Below are positions 1 through 9,448 of a stretch of 64,000 bases of DNA, piece by piece. The position numbers and the translations under genes were made by a program. The stretch comes from Polyangiaceae bacterium. GTDB taxonomy: Bacteria; Myxococcota_A; Polyangia; Polyangiales; Polyangiaceae. The stretch is from positions 704,001-768,000 of the forward strand of contig CBDCTZ010000015.1 of NCBI GenBank assembly GCA_965222375.1, in the 5' to 3' direction. The stretch's first letter is position 1; every line of letters begins with the position of its first letter. The notes below the pieces were generated by a model that saw only the letters and a list, made by a program, of their open reading frames with translations, did no database searches and was not told where the DNA came from.

Positions 1-665
1 CAATCGCCCTTCACGAACTTGCCGTCGACGTGTTTTGTCTGAAGGTCGAAGCTCGGTTTGGGCGTCGCGAAGTCGAAGGTGCCGAGTTTCTGCCCACTGC
101 GGTGGACCACGATCTTTCGGATGCTTGCCGGCGGTGATGGGTCGTTGAAGGCTCGCACTTCGCTGACAGCGAAGTTGGACTTCTCGATCTCCATCTTCGC
201 GACGCTGGCGTAGTCCTTGTCGGTGACGCGGAAGATCCGGGTGCCGTAGGGACCGCGACCCTTGCCGCTCTTGGGCGGCAAGTGCATGTCGACGGCGATC
301 CCGTCCTTCGCAGCGATCTTCTTCCAAGCCGCTTCGAGCTTCTTCGCTTCTTCGCTGCTGCTCTTCAGCGTCAGCTTGCCCGGCTTTCCGACTCGAAACT
401 CCAAAACGCCCAAGTGCTCGCTGCTCGTGTTGACGACCAGCCAACTCACGTCGGAAGCAGCCGCAGGTTTGGTCGGCGCGGCGACACTGGGCGCAGGGCT
501 AGCCGGCTTCGCGGACGCGGTCGCCGCAGGCGCGGCCGCCGACGGCGTGGGTGACAATGTAGGCGTCGGCTCCGGCGACGGCGCAGCGCTTGATTGATTG
601 CAGCCAATCGAGACTGAGAACGCGATACAGGGTGCCAGCTGAGCGAAGAGGTGCAGGAAGTTCAT
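1..665 (-). CDS. Putative lipoprotein, runs off the window start
   Basis: Manual translation from ATG 665: MNFLHLFAQLAPCIAFSVSIGC (lipobox-like), then a Pro/Ala linker and a globular region. Absent from the ORF track because it has no stop inside the window. Confidence 0.7.
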   Translation of the reverse strand, partial: MNFLHLFAQLAPCIAFSVSIGCNQSSAAPSPEPTPTLSPTPSAAAPAATASAKPASPAPSVAAPTKPAAASDVSWLVVNTSSEHLGVLEFRVGKPGKLTLKSSSEEAKKLEAAWKKIAAKDGIAVDMHLPPKSGKGRGPYGTRIFRVTDKDYASVAKMEIEKSNFAVSEVRAFNDPSPPASIRKIVVHRSGQKLGTFDFATPKPSFDLQTKHVDGKFVKGD

Positions 666-984
666 GGCTGAGTGAACTACGCGCAAGCTCAGGCGCTGGG
701 TCTACTTTTTTGTCGCCAGCCGCGGGTGTAAGGGTGAGCATGCTCCCGCGTTGCACATGGTCGTCGCCAAACCGGTCCTGTAGTTTCCGCCCGAGATGCG
801 GCGGTACCCTCCTGCCGCAGGTGGCGGCTCCACCGGCACCGGCGCGCAACCCGCCGTCGGTGGCACCGGCGCCACCACGGGAGGCTGCCCCGCTCCGCAG
901 TTCTGTCTTCAGGAACCCAGGGCTCCACCCCCCCCTCCTGGAACGTCGTGCCCGCTCAGCCGCGAGCCATCTGCTGCCTGTGAG

Positions 985-1860
985 CTATCCGCTCGCGGCT
1001 ACAGCCTGGCGCAGGACCCCGCTGAAGCTCTTGGAGCTTCGGCGCGCCAAATAGACGCAGACAGCTGCCGCCAATAGGTAGCCCACCCCGGGCAGCACAC
1101 CGGACTCGCCCAGCCAGCGTTCGCTCCCCGAGCCCAAGCTCTTGGGAAACAAGACTTGGGAGAATGTGTTGTGCAGGGTGTGGATCCAAACCGCTGCCCA
1201 GACCGAGCGCAGGCGATAGGTCACGAAAGTCCAGGTGGGCGAGAGCCCCAGCTCCAAGGCGGCAAATAGCGCGAGCGACACGAGCACGCCGCCAGCGCCG
1301 GCGTAGCCAAGCGCAACGATGAAGGGCGCATGATAGGCCACGGCGATCGCCGCCATCACCCAGGGCGACAGTGGAACCTTCAACTGATCGAGACGAGGCT
1401 GCAGGTAGCCGCGCCATCCCCATTCTTCGCCGAAAGCGCCAAGGAACCCAGGTATGGAAACGAGCACGCCGTTGATCAATACGTTGAGCGCGATCTTGAC
1501 CGGGCCATGCCAGCTGGGGTCGCCGCGTTCAATTCCTAGGGCTGCGCCCGCCGCATAGGCGGCGCCGTAGATGGCCACGACGACCCCCATAGGCAGAAGC
1601 AGCACACGCAAGCGCACGCCGCTGCCACCGCGCAGAGGAAAAGGAGCGACGAAAGCCGTATCGATTTTGCGCACCACGAAAATGCGCACCAAGGACGGCA
1701 TGCCCATGCCCAGTAGCGTGACCAACACGCCGCTGGTGCTGTCCAGCTTGCCCCCGAGAAGGTGGAACACGAGCGTGAGCGCGGCCATACCGCCAACGCT
1801 CAGGGCGATGAACGCCAGCACACCCCGCCGGGCATTTCGTAGCTCCGCGGCTCCTTCCAC
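985..1860 (-). CDS. CPBP (CAAX/Abi) family intramembrane metalloprotease
   Basis: Hydrophobic ORF with the GEEWGWRGYL motif, a YH motif and the HTLHN motif. Confidence 0.88.
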   Translation of the reverse strand: MEGAAELRNARRGVLAFIALSVGGMAALTLVFHLLGGKLDSTSGVLVTLLGMGMPSLVRIFVVRKIDTAFVAPFPLRGGSGVRLRVLLLPMGVVVAIYGAAYAAGAALGIERGDPSWHGPVKIALNVLINGVLVSIPGFLGAFGEEWGWRGYLQPRLDQLKVPLSPWVMAAIAVAYHAPFIVALGYAGAGGVLVSLALFAALELGLSPTWTFVTYRLRSVWAAVWIHTLHNTFSQVLFPKSLGSGSERWLGESGVLPGVGYLLAAAVCVYLARRSSKSFSGVLRQAVAASG

Positions 1861-1979
1861 TTTGCACGGTCATAGTCGATTGCCGGTGGTTTTCCTACGC
1901 CGTGCGCGTACTCGTCTCGAGGTGCGTCGCGACGCTCTTTACGTTCGCCGCATCTGCCGAGGGAGACTAGACTCGCGGT

Positions 1980-2606
1980 GTGACTACCCAGGAGCTAGCG
2001 AAGCGATTGCCCAGCGTCGCCGCCTACTTGGAGCGGCTGCCTCGGGGCATCGACTCCCACCCGCAGTGCATGGTCAAGGCCTCCGTGTACCGCGACGCCC
2101 TGGACTCTCGCCCCCTCGACAGTGTGCTGCTGCTCTTGCCGGACGTTGCAAAGGAGCTGGTCGACCATCCACCACCAGTGAGCGCCTGGGTGCCGGAAGT
2201 CCCGGCCATGGTTCTGATGATCGCGATCCGAGACCTGCACTTCGACCCGGGCGAAGCCGGGGTCGACGCCTATGCGGAGTGGACACGTCAGCGAAACCTG
2301 AAACTCTTGACGCGACCACTCTACCGCGCGCTGTTCCTGGTCTTGTCGCCTCAGCGGTTGCTCAAGGGTGTGCAGCGGCGCTGGGGCGTGTTTCGCCGTG
2401 GGACCGAGATCGAGACGACGGAGTCGGGCCCCAACTCCGCCGCGGTCCGCGTGAGTTTTCCCAGGCACCTCTACGACAAGACGGCCCTCTGTGGCATGCG
2501 CGCCGCCATGCTCGCAGCCCTGGAAGCCGCCGGAGCCCGCAGACTCGAGATGGTCGTCGTCTCCATGAACGACCGCGAAGCGCGCTACGAAGCGCGCTGG
2601 GCGTAG
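1980..2606 (+). CDS. Myxobacterial conserved hypothetical protein (DUF2378/TIGR02265-like)
   Basis: 208-aa ORF with GC3-biased codons; SAWVP...LSPQRLL...W...RRGT pattern and a terminal 'YEARW' resemble this family. Confidence 0.6.
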   Translation: MTTQELAKRLPSVAAYLERLPRGIDSHPQCMVKASVYRDALDSRPLDSVLLLLPDVAKELVDHPPPVSAWVPEVPAMVLMIAIRDLHFDPGEAGVDAYAEWTRQRNLKLLTRPLYRALFLVLSPQRLLKGVQRRWGVFRRGTEIETTESGPNSAAVRVSFPRHLYDKTALCGMRAAMLAALEAAGARRLEMVVVSMNDREARYEARWA

Positions 2607-2621
2607 CTCGCAACTGGGGAG

Positions 2622-3728
2622 TCAGGGATGCAGAACGCATCCGCCAGTGACTTCGCCGTTCCACTTGGCGCGGAGGGCGGCCTTGTATTCTGCCAAGGGG
2701 AACACATGAGACACGTGGGGCGAGATGGCCCCAGCATGGGCCCAGCCCAAGATCTGCTCCAGACGCGGCTTGCGGCTCGAAGGATCCTTGGTCGTGGAGA
2801 TGACCGTCGGGCAACCCAAGACGTCGAGGCTCTTCATCATGATCAGGTTTGTCGGCAGTTGGTTGGCGTTGGGGGCTCCTCTGCGCCCCTTGCCTCCAGC
2901 GACGTAGGGGGTCGCCGCCCAGCCCACGATCAGAAAGCGCGCGCCGAAGCGGACGCAGCGCATGCTCTCCAAGGAGACATCACCACCCACGGCGTCATAG
3001 ACCACGTGTACGCCTTCGCCCTCGGTGACCGCCTTGACGTCATCCCGAAACCGCCGCGGCTTTCCGTCAGCATCCTGGGTCACGACAACGTGATCGGCGC
3101 CTTGCTGGAGAACGGACTCGAGCTTGGCCGGCTTGCGCCCGGTGGCGATCACCGTCGCGCCCAGCAACTTGGCAACGTGAACAGCGGCCAAGCCTGTCGC
3201 GCCCGACGCGCCGTGAATCAGCACGGACTCGCCTTCGGATAGGCGTCCCCGGGTTACGAGGCAGTGATACGCCGTTTCGTAGCTGCTGAGCAGGCCGGCA
3301 GCTTGGTCGAAAGACAGCGCATCGGGCTTCTTGTGAATGGCGATCGCGGGTGCGACCACGTAGCTGGCAAACCCGCCGTACTCTTGGTACGCGCCCAAAG
3401 AGCGGGGGCCGGCGTGAAAGCCATCGACGATCACGGCATCGCCCACGGCGACGTGGTCGACCTCGCTGCCCACCCAGGCGACTTCGCCGGTGCCTTCCAG
3501 GCCCGGGGTGTAGGGAGGCTTGCGCATGTGTTGGTACTGTCCGCTGGTCATCAGCAAGTCCACCCACCCGACTGCGGCACTGCATACTTTGACGATGACG
3601 TCGCTCGGCTGTAGCTGCGCTGGATCCGGCGCGGGCATGGGCTCGAGATCCAGGACCGTGTCGATGGCTTGAGGCGGTGTCTCAGCAAACTCGCGTACGA
3701 CCACGCGCTGACCAGGTTCGAGCTGCAT
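2622..3728 (-). CDS. NADPH:quinone oxidoreductase family protein (MDR superfamily)
   Basis: PPYTPGLEGTG, VLIHGASGATGLAAV and VVYDAVGG motifs; start placed at MQLEPGQ (ATG 3728). Confidence 0.9.
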   Translation of the reverse strand: MQLEPGQRVVVREFAETPPQAIDTVLDLEPMPAPDPAQLQPSDVIVKVCSAAVGWVDLLMTSGQYQHMRKPPYTPGLEGTGEVAWVGSEVDHVAVGDAVIVDGFHAGPRSLGAYQEYGGFASYVVAPAIAIHKKPDALSFDQAAGLLSSYETAYHCLVTRGRLSEGESVLIHGASGATGLAAVHVAKLLGATVIATGRKPAKLESVLQQGADHVVVTQDADGKPRRFRDDVKAVTEGEGVHVVYDAVGGDVSLESMRCVRFGARFLIVGWAATPYVAGGKGRRGAPNANQLPTNLIMMKSLDVLGCPTVISTTKDPSSRKPRLEQILGWAHAGAISPHVSHVFPLAEYKAALRAKWNGEVTGGCVLHP

Positions 3729-3798
3729 GAGAGGCTTGTAGGCCAACCCGGGCCGAATTGCAGCCCCGGTGAAGCAGGCCGCGGCAGTTTTGAAGCTG

Positions 3799-5178
3799 TC
3801 AGCTAGTCTTGTCTTTTTTGGCGGCCTCGTCCCCAGACACGTTGATGGTGATGCGAGGGAAGAGTGTCGGATATTCGGGGTTCCAGAGAGCGTCGAAGGC
3901 CCGGCCCTCGATCTGCATTTCCAGGATCCGCGGTGCCAGATATTGCACCGTGGTTGCCTCGACGTCCGGCGCGCCCTCGCGTTCGACCACCACATCCAGT
4001 TCGCAGTGGGTTCCGGTCTTGCGAAGCGCAAGGATGCGGCCATTCACGGTTTCGCAGCCTCGGATGATCTCGATGCGCTTGCGCGCGACCGAACGCGACA
4101 CCACCCAGGCAGCACCGAAAAGCACGACACCAACAGCGACGCCAGCCCATACGGCCACGCCTCCCGTGGCAATGCCGGCCCCGATGGCAACGAGTGCAGC
4201 CAATAGGAGCCACAACACCGCGGAGCCTTGCGGCAATGGGATATTCTTCGCGAGGCGCCCCTGGTCGCGCTCCACCGCCAAAGGCAAAGACTGCTCACAA
4301 AGCGCCCAGTCCTCGGGCATGTTCTTGGCAACGCTCTTGATCAGGGCAAGGGCGGAGTGCTGACGCTTGATCTGGTCGTAGAGGACGGCAACCGCAGCAT
4401 CGAGGTTGCCCAGCTTTTCTAGCGCGTCGCCACGCAACGTAGCCACCATGCCTCCGGAAGACGAGTGGATCGGAATGTCGTTGTAGGCACGACCCAGAGC
4501 TTCCAACACCTTGGCGTAGTCGCGATTGGCCGCGGCCAGAACCGCTGTAGAAAGCCGAAAGCTGGAATCCGCATCCAGGCTCCGGCTCTTCGGGTCCATG
4601 CGTTCGAGCCAAGCTTGGGCATCTTTCAATTGGCCGGCGCGCACCGCGCCGATCACGACGTTGCTCAATAGCTTCTGTTTCACATCGGGATTTGGAACGG
4701 CTTCCACCGTCGTCTCGATGAGCGCGCGCCGGTTGAGCTGTTCCGCTTCGGTCTCGGAAGGCATGGCCGGGTGGATCTCGAACGCCAAGCAGACGAGTTC
4801 GACCACAGCTGCCTCGTCCTCGGGGTCGCCTTCGAGTCGCTTTCGAATCGATGCCCACATGGCGCGGGCTTCTGCCAGCTCGGACTCGAGCACGTTGCCG
4901 AACTTCGCCACCGACGCCGGAGTGAGCCATTGGTGATCCGTTTGGGTGCGCAAGTGCGCTATCCGCGCTGCCTCGTCCTGGCTCTCTCCCCTCGGAATGC
5001 GCGCGGGGCTCGCATCCGGCACGAACTGCTCGTAGCCACACTCCTCACAGCGCAGCGTTTCTTCTTCGTCACCAGCGATGATCGCTACGCCACAGGCGTC
5101 ACAGAGGCGTGCGCGCAACGCGGGATCGTAGGGCCGCGGCTGGGTGCGAGTCTGCCGATACGCGCTCTGTTCAGCCAT
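3799..5178 (-). CDS. Hypothetical membrane protein with N-terminal Zn-ribbon and TPR-like helices
   Basis: From ATG 5178: CDACG...CEECG, a helical middle, and two hydrophobic segments near the C-terminus. Confidence 0.7.
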   Translation of the reverse strand: MAEQSAYRQTRTQPRPYDPALRARLCDACGVAIIAGDEEETLRCEECGYEQFVPDASPARIPRGESQDEAARIAHLRTQTDHQWLTPASVAKFGNVLESELAEARAMWASIRKRLEGDPEDEAAVVELVCLAFEIHPAMPSETEAEQLNRRALIETTVEAVPNPDVKQKLLSNVVIGAVRAGQLKDAQAWLERMDPKSRSLDADSSFRLSTAVLAAANRDYAKVLEALGRAYNDIPIHSSSGGMVATLRGDALEKLGNLDAAVAVLYDQIKRQHSALALIKSVAKNMPEDWALCEQSLPLAVERDQGRLAKNIPLPQGSAVLWLLLAALVAIGAGIATGGVAVWAGVAVGVVLFGAAWVVSRSVARKRIEIIRGCETVNGRILALRKTGTHCELDVVVEREGAPDVEATTVQYLAPRILEMQIEGRAFDALWNPEYPTLFPRITINVSGDEAAKKDKTS

Positions 5179-5329
5179 GGCGAAGGGAAAATGCCACGAC
5201 TGTGTGGTCCTTTGCACGCGATGCGTTGACGAATTGCGTCTAGGCAGCCGACCGAGGCGGTGCAGTCGCCTATTTCCAAGTACGTTCGGAAGTGAGTCCC
5301 TCGTGGCACTTCGGCTCGGGCACGCTGCC

Positions 5330-5893
5330 CTAGCGCGTCGCTCGCCGGCGCCGCATCGCGATGCCCAACACCGAGAGCAACAACAGCACTCCAGCTCCAC
5401 CGCTGCGCCCGGACACGCTGCAGCCTCCATCATCGCCAGAAGCCGAGCTGGACGCATTCGACCCCGCGGCGCCGGCACTACCAGCACTGGCTCCGCCGAG
5501 ACCGGTCCCGGATCCGCCAACGCCCCCTTGGCCGCCACCGGCTCCATCGCCGGCACTGCCGGCAGCGCCGCCGATGGCGGGATTGCCCCCTTGCCCTGCA
5601 GTTCCTGCGCCGGCACTGCCCGCCGCTCCGGCCGTTCCACCCGCGGTGCCGCCGCCCCCTGTCGCGCCCACCCCGCCAGAACCGCCGGCGCCGCCACTAC
5701 CGCCCGTACCCGTGGTGTTGGGCGGCACGACAGTGTCGAAAACGTCGAGCTGGTCGAAAAGCCCGGCCGGTACGATCGAGCTCGTGTTGCCATCTCGAGC
5801 GCCGAGGTAAACACCAGCTCGCTGAATTCTCCGACGCAGAATGGGACTCCCCCGCCAAACAGCGCAAAATCGCCGCACTGACTCGCTTGGCAA
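5330..5893 (-). CDS. MYXO-CTERM-tailed Gly-rich protein, probably a 3' fragment
   Basis: Ends DDGGCSVSGRSGGAGVLLLLSVLGIAMRRRR; no convincing start or signal peptide. Confidence 0.55.
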   Translation of the reverse strand: MPSESVRRFCAVWRGSPILRRRIQRAGVYLGARDGNTSSIVPAGLFDQLDVFDTVVPPNTTGTGGSGGAGGSGGVGATGGGGTAGGTAGAAGSAGAGTAGQGGNPAIGGAAGSAGDGAGGGQGGVGGSGTGLGGASAGSAGAAGSNASSSASGDDGGCSVSGRSGGAGVLLLLSVLGIAMRRRRATR

Positions 5894-5917
5894 ATGCCCA
5901 ACGCCGCTGACGTCGGC

Positions 5918-6730
5918 TCAGGAGTTGACGCGCTCGGTCGCGAACAGCACGAGCGCCAACAAGCGCCGCAGTGCTTCGCGGTGCTCGGGATCATCGGGTT
6001 GCCATGGGGTCTTGCCACACGCAGCCAGGGCCGTGCGCAGTTCGCTGCGCCCGCGGCGTTCGAGTTCCCATAGCCACGCGGCCGCTTTGGGGTTGTGCAC
6101 TGAAACCTGTTCCAGGGTGTCGTGCACGGCCTGCTCGGTGTGGCCATCCAACAGCGCATCGAGAATGCCGCCAGGGCGAATTCGGCGCTTCTCGTTGTCG
6201 TGAACTTCCACCATCAAAGCGCCGTGGCAGCGCACGGCAGTCGCTACGACCCAGGTTGTCAACTCCGGGACATCGTTAGCGAGCATGGATGACGCGCGCT
6301 TGATCGCAGCGCGAAACGACGCACGCCGGGCCTCGGGCAGTTCAGTGCTCTCCAGCTGATCTGCAAACCAATAGGCGTGGAGCATCAATTCTTGAGCGAA
6401 AGCAACGTCCGTGTTCGCGGGTAGCCAGGGCTCCGGGGGCCAGGAAGCATCTTTGCAGCGCGAGACCCACGGTCTGGGTGGCAGGGACAACGCTCGGCTG
6501 ACGCTGAAGCGTGAAGCCGGGGGATCGCTAGCGCCGTTGGAGGGCTCTGCCTGCTTCGCCCGCTTCGCCTTCTTGACGCTCTTGACGTTCTTGGCCTTCT
6601 TGGCGCCGGGCTTGCGCGGCGACTTGGGCTTCTTGGCTTTCTTCTTGGCTGCGGCAGCCGGTGCGCCCTCTCCGTCCACGGACGCCTTCTTGCGAGGGCG
6701 CTTGGCCGCGCGCGCCTTGATTGCCGCCAT
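5918..6730 (-). CDS. Hypothetical protein with Lys/Ala-rich N-terminus
   Basis: MAAIKARAAKRPRKK...KKKAKKPKSPRKPGAKK followed by a helical domain; lies directly downstream of fusA. Confidence 0.65.
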   Translation of the reverse strand: MAAIKARAAKRPRKKASVDGEGAPAAAAKKKAKKPKSPRKPGAKKAKNVKSVKKAKRAKQAEPSNGASDPPASRFSVSRALSLPPRPWVSRCKDASWPPEPWLPANTDVAFAQELMLHAYWFADQLESTELPEARRASFRAAIKRASSMLANDVPELTTWVVATAVRCHGALMVEVHDNEKRRIRPGGILDALLDGHTEQAVHDTLEQVSVHNPKAAAWLWELERRGRSELRTALAACGKTPWQPDDPEHREALRRLLALVLFATERVNS

Positions 6731-6823
6731 GGAGCCCCATGCTACTCCCTCGGGCACTCAGGGCGAAAAAACCGCCTTGAAAATCCAAAGTCAGCGCGAC
6801 TTCCGCGCCAAGAAACGCGCGCG

Positions 6824-8914
6824 TTACTTCTTCTTGGCTTCGCGCTTGGCCTCGATGTCCGCCTTCACCTTCTCGAAGACGTTCTTCGGTACGGGTGCGT
6901 AGTGGCTGAACTCCATGACGAACTGGCCACGGCCGGAGGTCGTGGAGCGCAGATCACCGATGTAGCCGAACATCTCGCTCAGAGGCGCCTCGGCATTGAT
7001 GTGGATGTTCGTCGCCGCGGTCTCCTGGGATTTGATCATGCCGCGGCGGCGGTTCAGGTCACCGATCACGTCGCCAACATTGGCCTCGGGCACGTAGACG
7101 TCCACCTTCATGATGGGCTCGAGCAATTGGGGCGACGCCTTGGGCATGCTCTGCCGATAGGCCGCCTTCGCGGCTGCTTCGAAGGCCATGGTTGAAGAGT
7201 CGACGGGGTGGTGCGCGCCGTCCGTGAGGATCACCTTGAAGTCGAGCATGGGGAACTCGAGCAAGGGCCCCTTGTCCTTGAGCATCTCGAAACCCTTTTG
7301 GACTGCGGGGATATAGTCCTTGGGCACGTTGCCACCGACGATCTTCGACTCGAAGACGAAGCCGGACCCTGGCTCCAGAGGCTCGATGGTATAGTCGATC
7401 TTCGCGTACTGACCCGAGCCACCCGTCTGCTTCTTGTGGGTGTAGCTGTCGTCGATGGCGGTGGTGATCGTCTCGCGATAGGCCACCTGAGGCTCGCCGA
7501 TAGAAGCCTCGACTTTGTGGGTGCGCCTCAGGATGTCGATCTTGATGTCGAGATGCAGCTCGCCCATGCCTTTGAGAATGGTTTCCCCGGACTCCTGATC
7601 CACCTCCACATGAAAGGATGGGTCCTCGGTGACCAACTTGCCGAGAGCCGCAGACAGCTTTTCGCTATTGGCCTTGTCTTTGGGGGCCACCGCAATCGAG
7701 ATGACGGGATCCGGGAACACCATCGGCTCCAGAGTCGCCGGCTTCTTCTCGTCCGCCAGGGTGTGCCCGGTGCGGGTGTTCTTCAGCCCCAGCAGTGCGA
7801 CGATGTCTCCCGCTTGCGCAGTATCCACCATCGTGCGGTCGTTGGCGTGCATCTCCACCATGCGGCCAATGCGCTCGGACTTCCCGGTGAAGGTGTTGAG
7901 CACGTTGTCGCCCTTGGAGATCTTGCCCGAATAGATGCGGGTGAAGGTCAGCGCACCAAAGCGGTCGTCCATGATCTTGAACGCCAGAGCACGGAAAGGA
8001 GCCGACGGGTCCACCACCGCGAACTCTCCGGTCGGATGACCTTCCAGATCGATCTCGGGCTGGGGCGGTACTTCCGTGGGGTTCGGCAAGTAGTCCACGA
8101 CCGCGTCGAGGATTTGCTGCACGCCCTTGTTCTTGAACGACGAGCCGCAGTAGGTCGGGAAGAAGCTGAGGTTGATCGTACCCTTTCGGATGCATGCCTT
8201 GAGGGAATCGATGTCCGGCTCCTCGCCATCCAAGTACTTGGCAAGCACGTCGTCGTCCTGCTCGACGGCCATTTCGATCAGCTCTGCTCGGTAGGTCTCG
8301 ACGTCGTCCTTCATGTCCTCGGGGATGTCTTTTACCTCAAAGTTCTCGGGCAGCCCCGTGTCATCCCAGACGTAAGCCTTGCGCTCCAGCAGGTCGACGA
8401 CGCCGACGAACTCGGCCTCGGTGCCAATGGGCAGCACCATGACCAGAGGCTTTGCGCCCAGCACTTCCTTGATCTGCTTGACGACTCGGTAGAAGTCCGC
8501 TCCCAGGCGATCGAGCTTGTTGACGTAAATGATGCGCGCGACTTTGGAATCGTTCGCATAGCGCCAGTTCGTCTCGGACTGGGGCTCGACACCTCCAGAT
8601 CCGCAAAATACGCCCACGCCGCCATCGAGCACCTTTAGAGAGCGGTAGACCTCGATGGTGAAATCAACGTGCCCGGGGGTGTCGATGATGTTGAACTGGT
8701 AGTTGTTCCAGAAACAGGTCGTGGCAGCGGACTGAATCGTGATCCCGCGCTCCTGCTCTTGCTCCATGAAGTCGGTCGTGGCCGCGCCATCATGCACTTC
8801 GCCGATCTTGTGGATCTTCCCGGTGAGCTTGAGAATGCGCTCCGTGGTCGTGGTCTTACCGGCGTCCACATGCGCGAAGATGCCGATGTTGCGGTACTTG
8901 GATAGATCCTTCAT
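6824..8914 (-). CDS. fusA: Elongation factor G
   Basis: [40 protein letters not shown] and GRGQFVMEF motifs; 696 aa. Confidence 0.98.
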   Translation of the reverse strand: MKDLSKYRNIGIFAHVDAGKTTTTERILKLTGKIHKIGEVHDGAATTDFMEQEQERGITIQSAATTCFWNNYQFNIIDTPGHVDFTIEVYRSLKVLDGGVGVFCGSGGVEPQSETNWRYANDSKVARIIYVNKLDRLGADFYRVVKQIKEVLGAKPLVMVLPIGTEAEFVGVVDLLERKAYVWDDTGLPENFEVKDIPEDMKDDVETYRAELIEMAVEQDDDVLAKYLDGEEPDIDSLKACIRKGTINLSFFPTYCGSSFKNKGVQQILDAVVDYLPNPTEVPPQPEIDLEGHPTGEFAVVDPSAPFRALAFKIMDDRFGALTFTRIYSGKISKGDNVLNTFTGKSERIGRMVEMHANDRTMVDTAQAGDIVALLGLKNTRTGHTLADEKKPATLEPMVFPDPVISIAVAPKDKANSEKLSAALGKLVTEDPSFHVEVDQESGETILKGMGELHLDIKIDILRRTHKVEASIGEPQVAYRETITTAIDDSYTHKKQTGGSGQYAKIDYTIEPLEPGSGFVFESKIVGGNVPKDYIPAVQKGFEMLKDKGPLLEFPMLDFKVILTDGAHHPVDSSTMAFEAAAKAAYRQSMPKASPQLLEPIMKVDVYVPEANVGDVIGDLNRRRGMIKSQETAATNIHINAEAPLSEMFGYIGDLRSTTSGRGQFVMEFSHYAPVPKNVFEKVKADIEAKREAKKK

Positions 8915-9448
8915 GACTGGTGTTTTCCGTTGTCTGACGCAGAGTTAGCGATAAAACCCCTCGGTAGGCGGAACGGGGCTTAGCCGCGTACGACCCGCGG
9001 AGTCAAACCTCAAGGCACGGCGGTGGGGGCGGGGCGGTCCGCCGCGGCGAGGGGGGCGGAACTCTCGCACTTTCCGGGGGCCTCTGCCAGGGACAAAGCA
9101 GCCACTTTTCCGGAATATCCGGGGCGGCGTAGTCGTGAAAGGCGGCGAGGCTGGCCATCCAGGCAGTGTCGAGGGTGCGTGGAGGCCACCGCCAAAGCTC
9201 GCTCTGCCCCAGTGCCCAAACACGCAAGGGCGCGCCACTGCGGGATTAGCGCACCTGCGCGAGCAGAGAATCGACCCCAAACCCAACCCCAAAAAAGAAG
9301 GCCGTCACAAAACCGTGGCTGCACGCCACTAGGCGAGGGATCGAAAGATCCTGAGCGGCGGTAGTACGTACCCAAGCCCAAACAAAGCACGTTTGTCCAA
9401 AGCGGCAAACGGCCAGCCGACTCGCTAGCCGAGCCCAGGGGAATCTCC

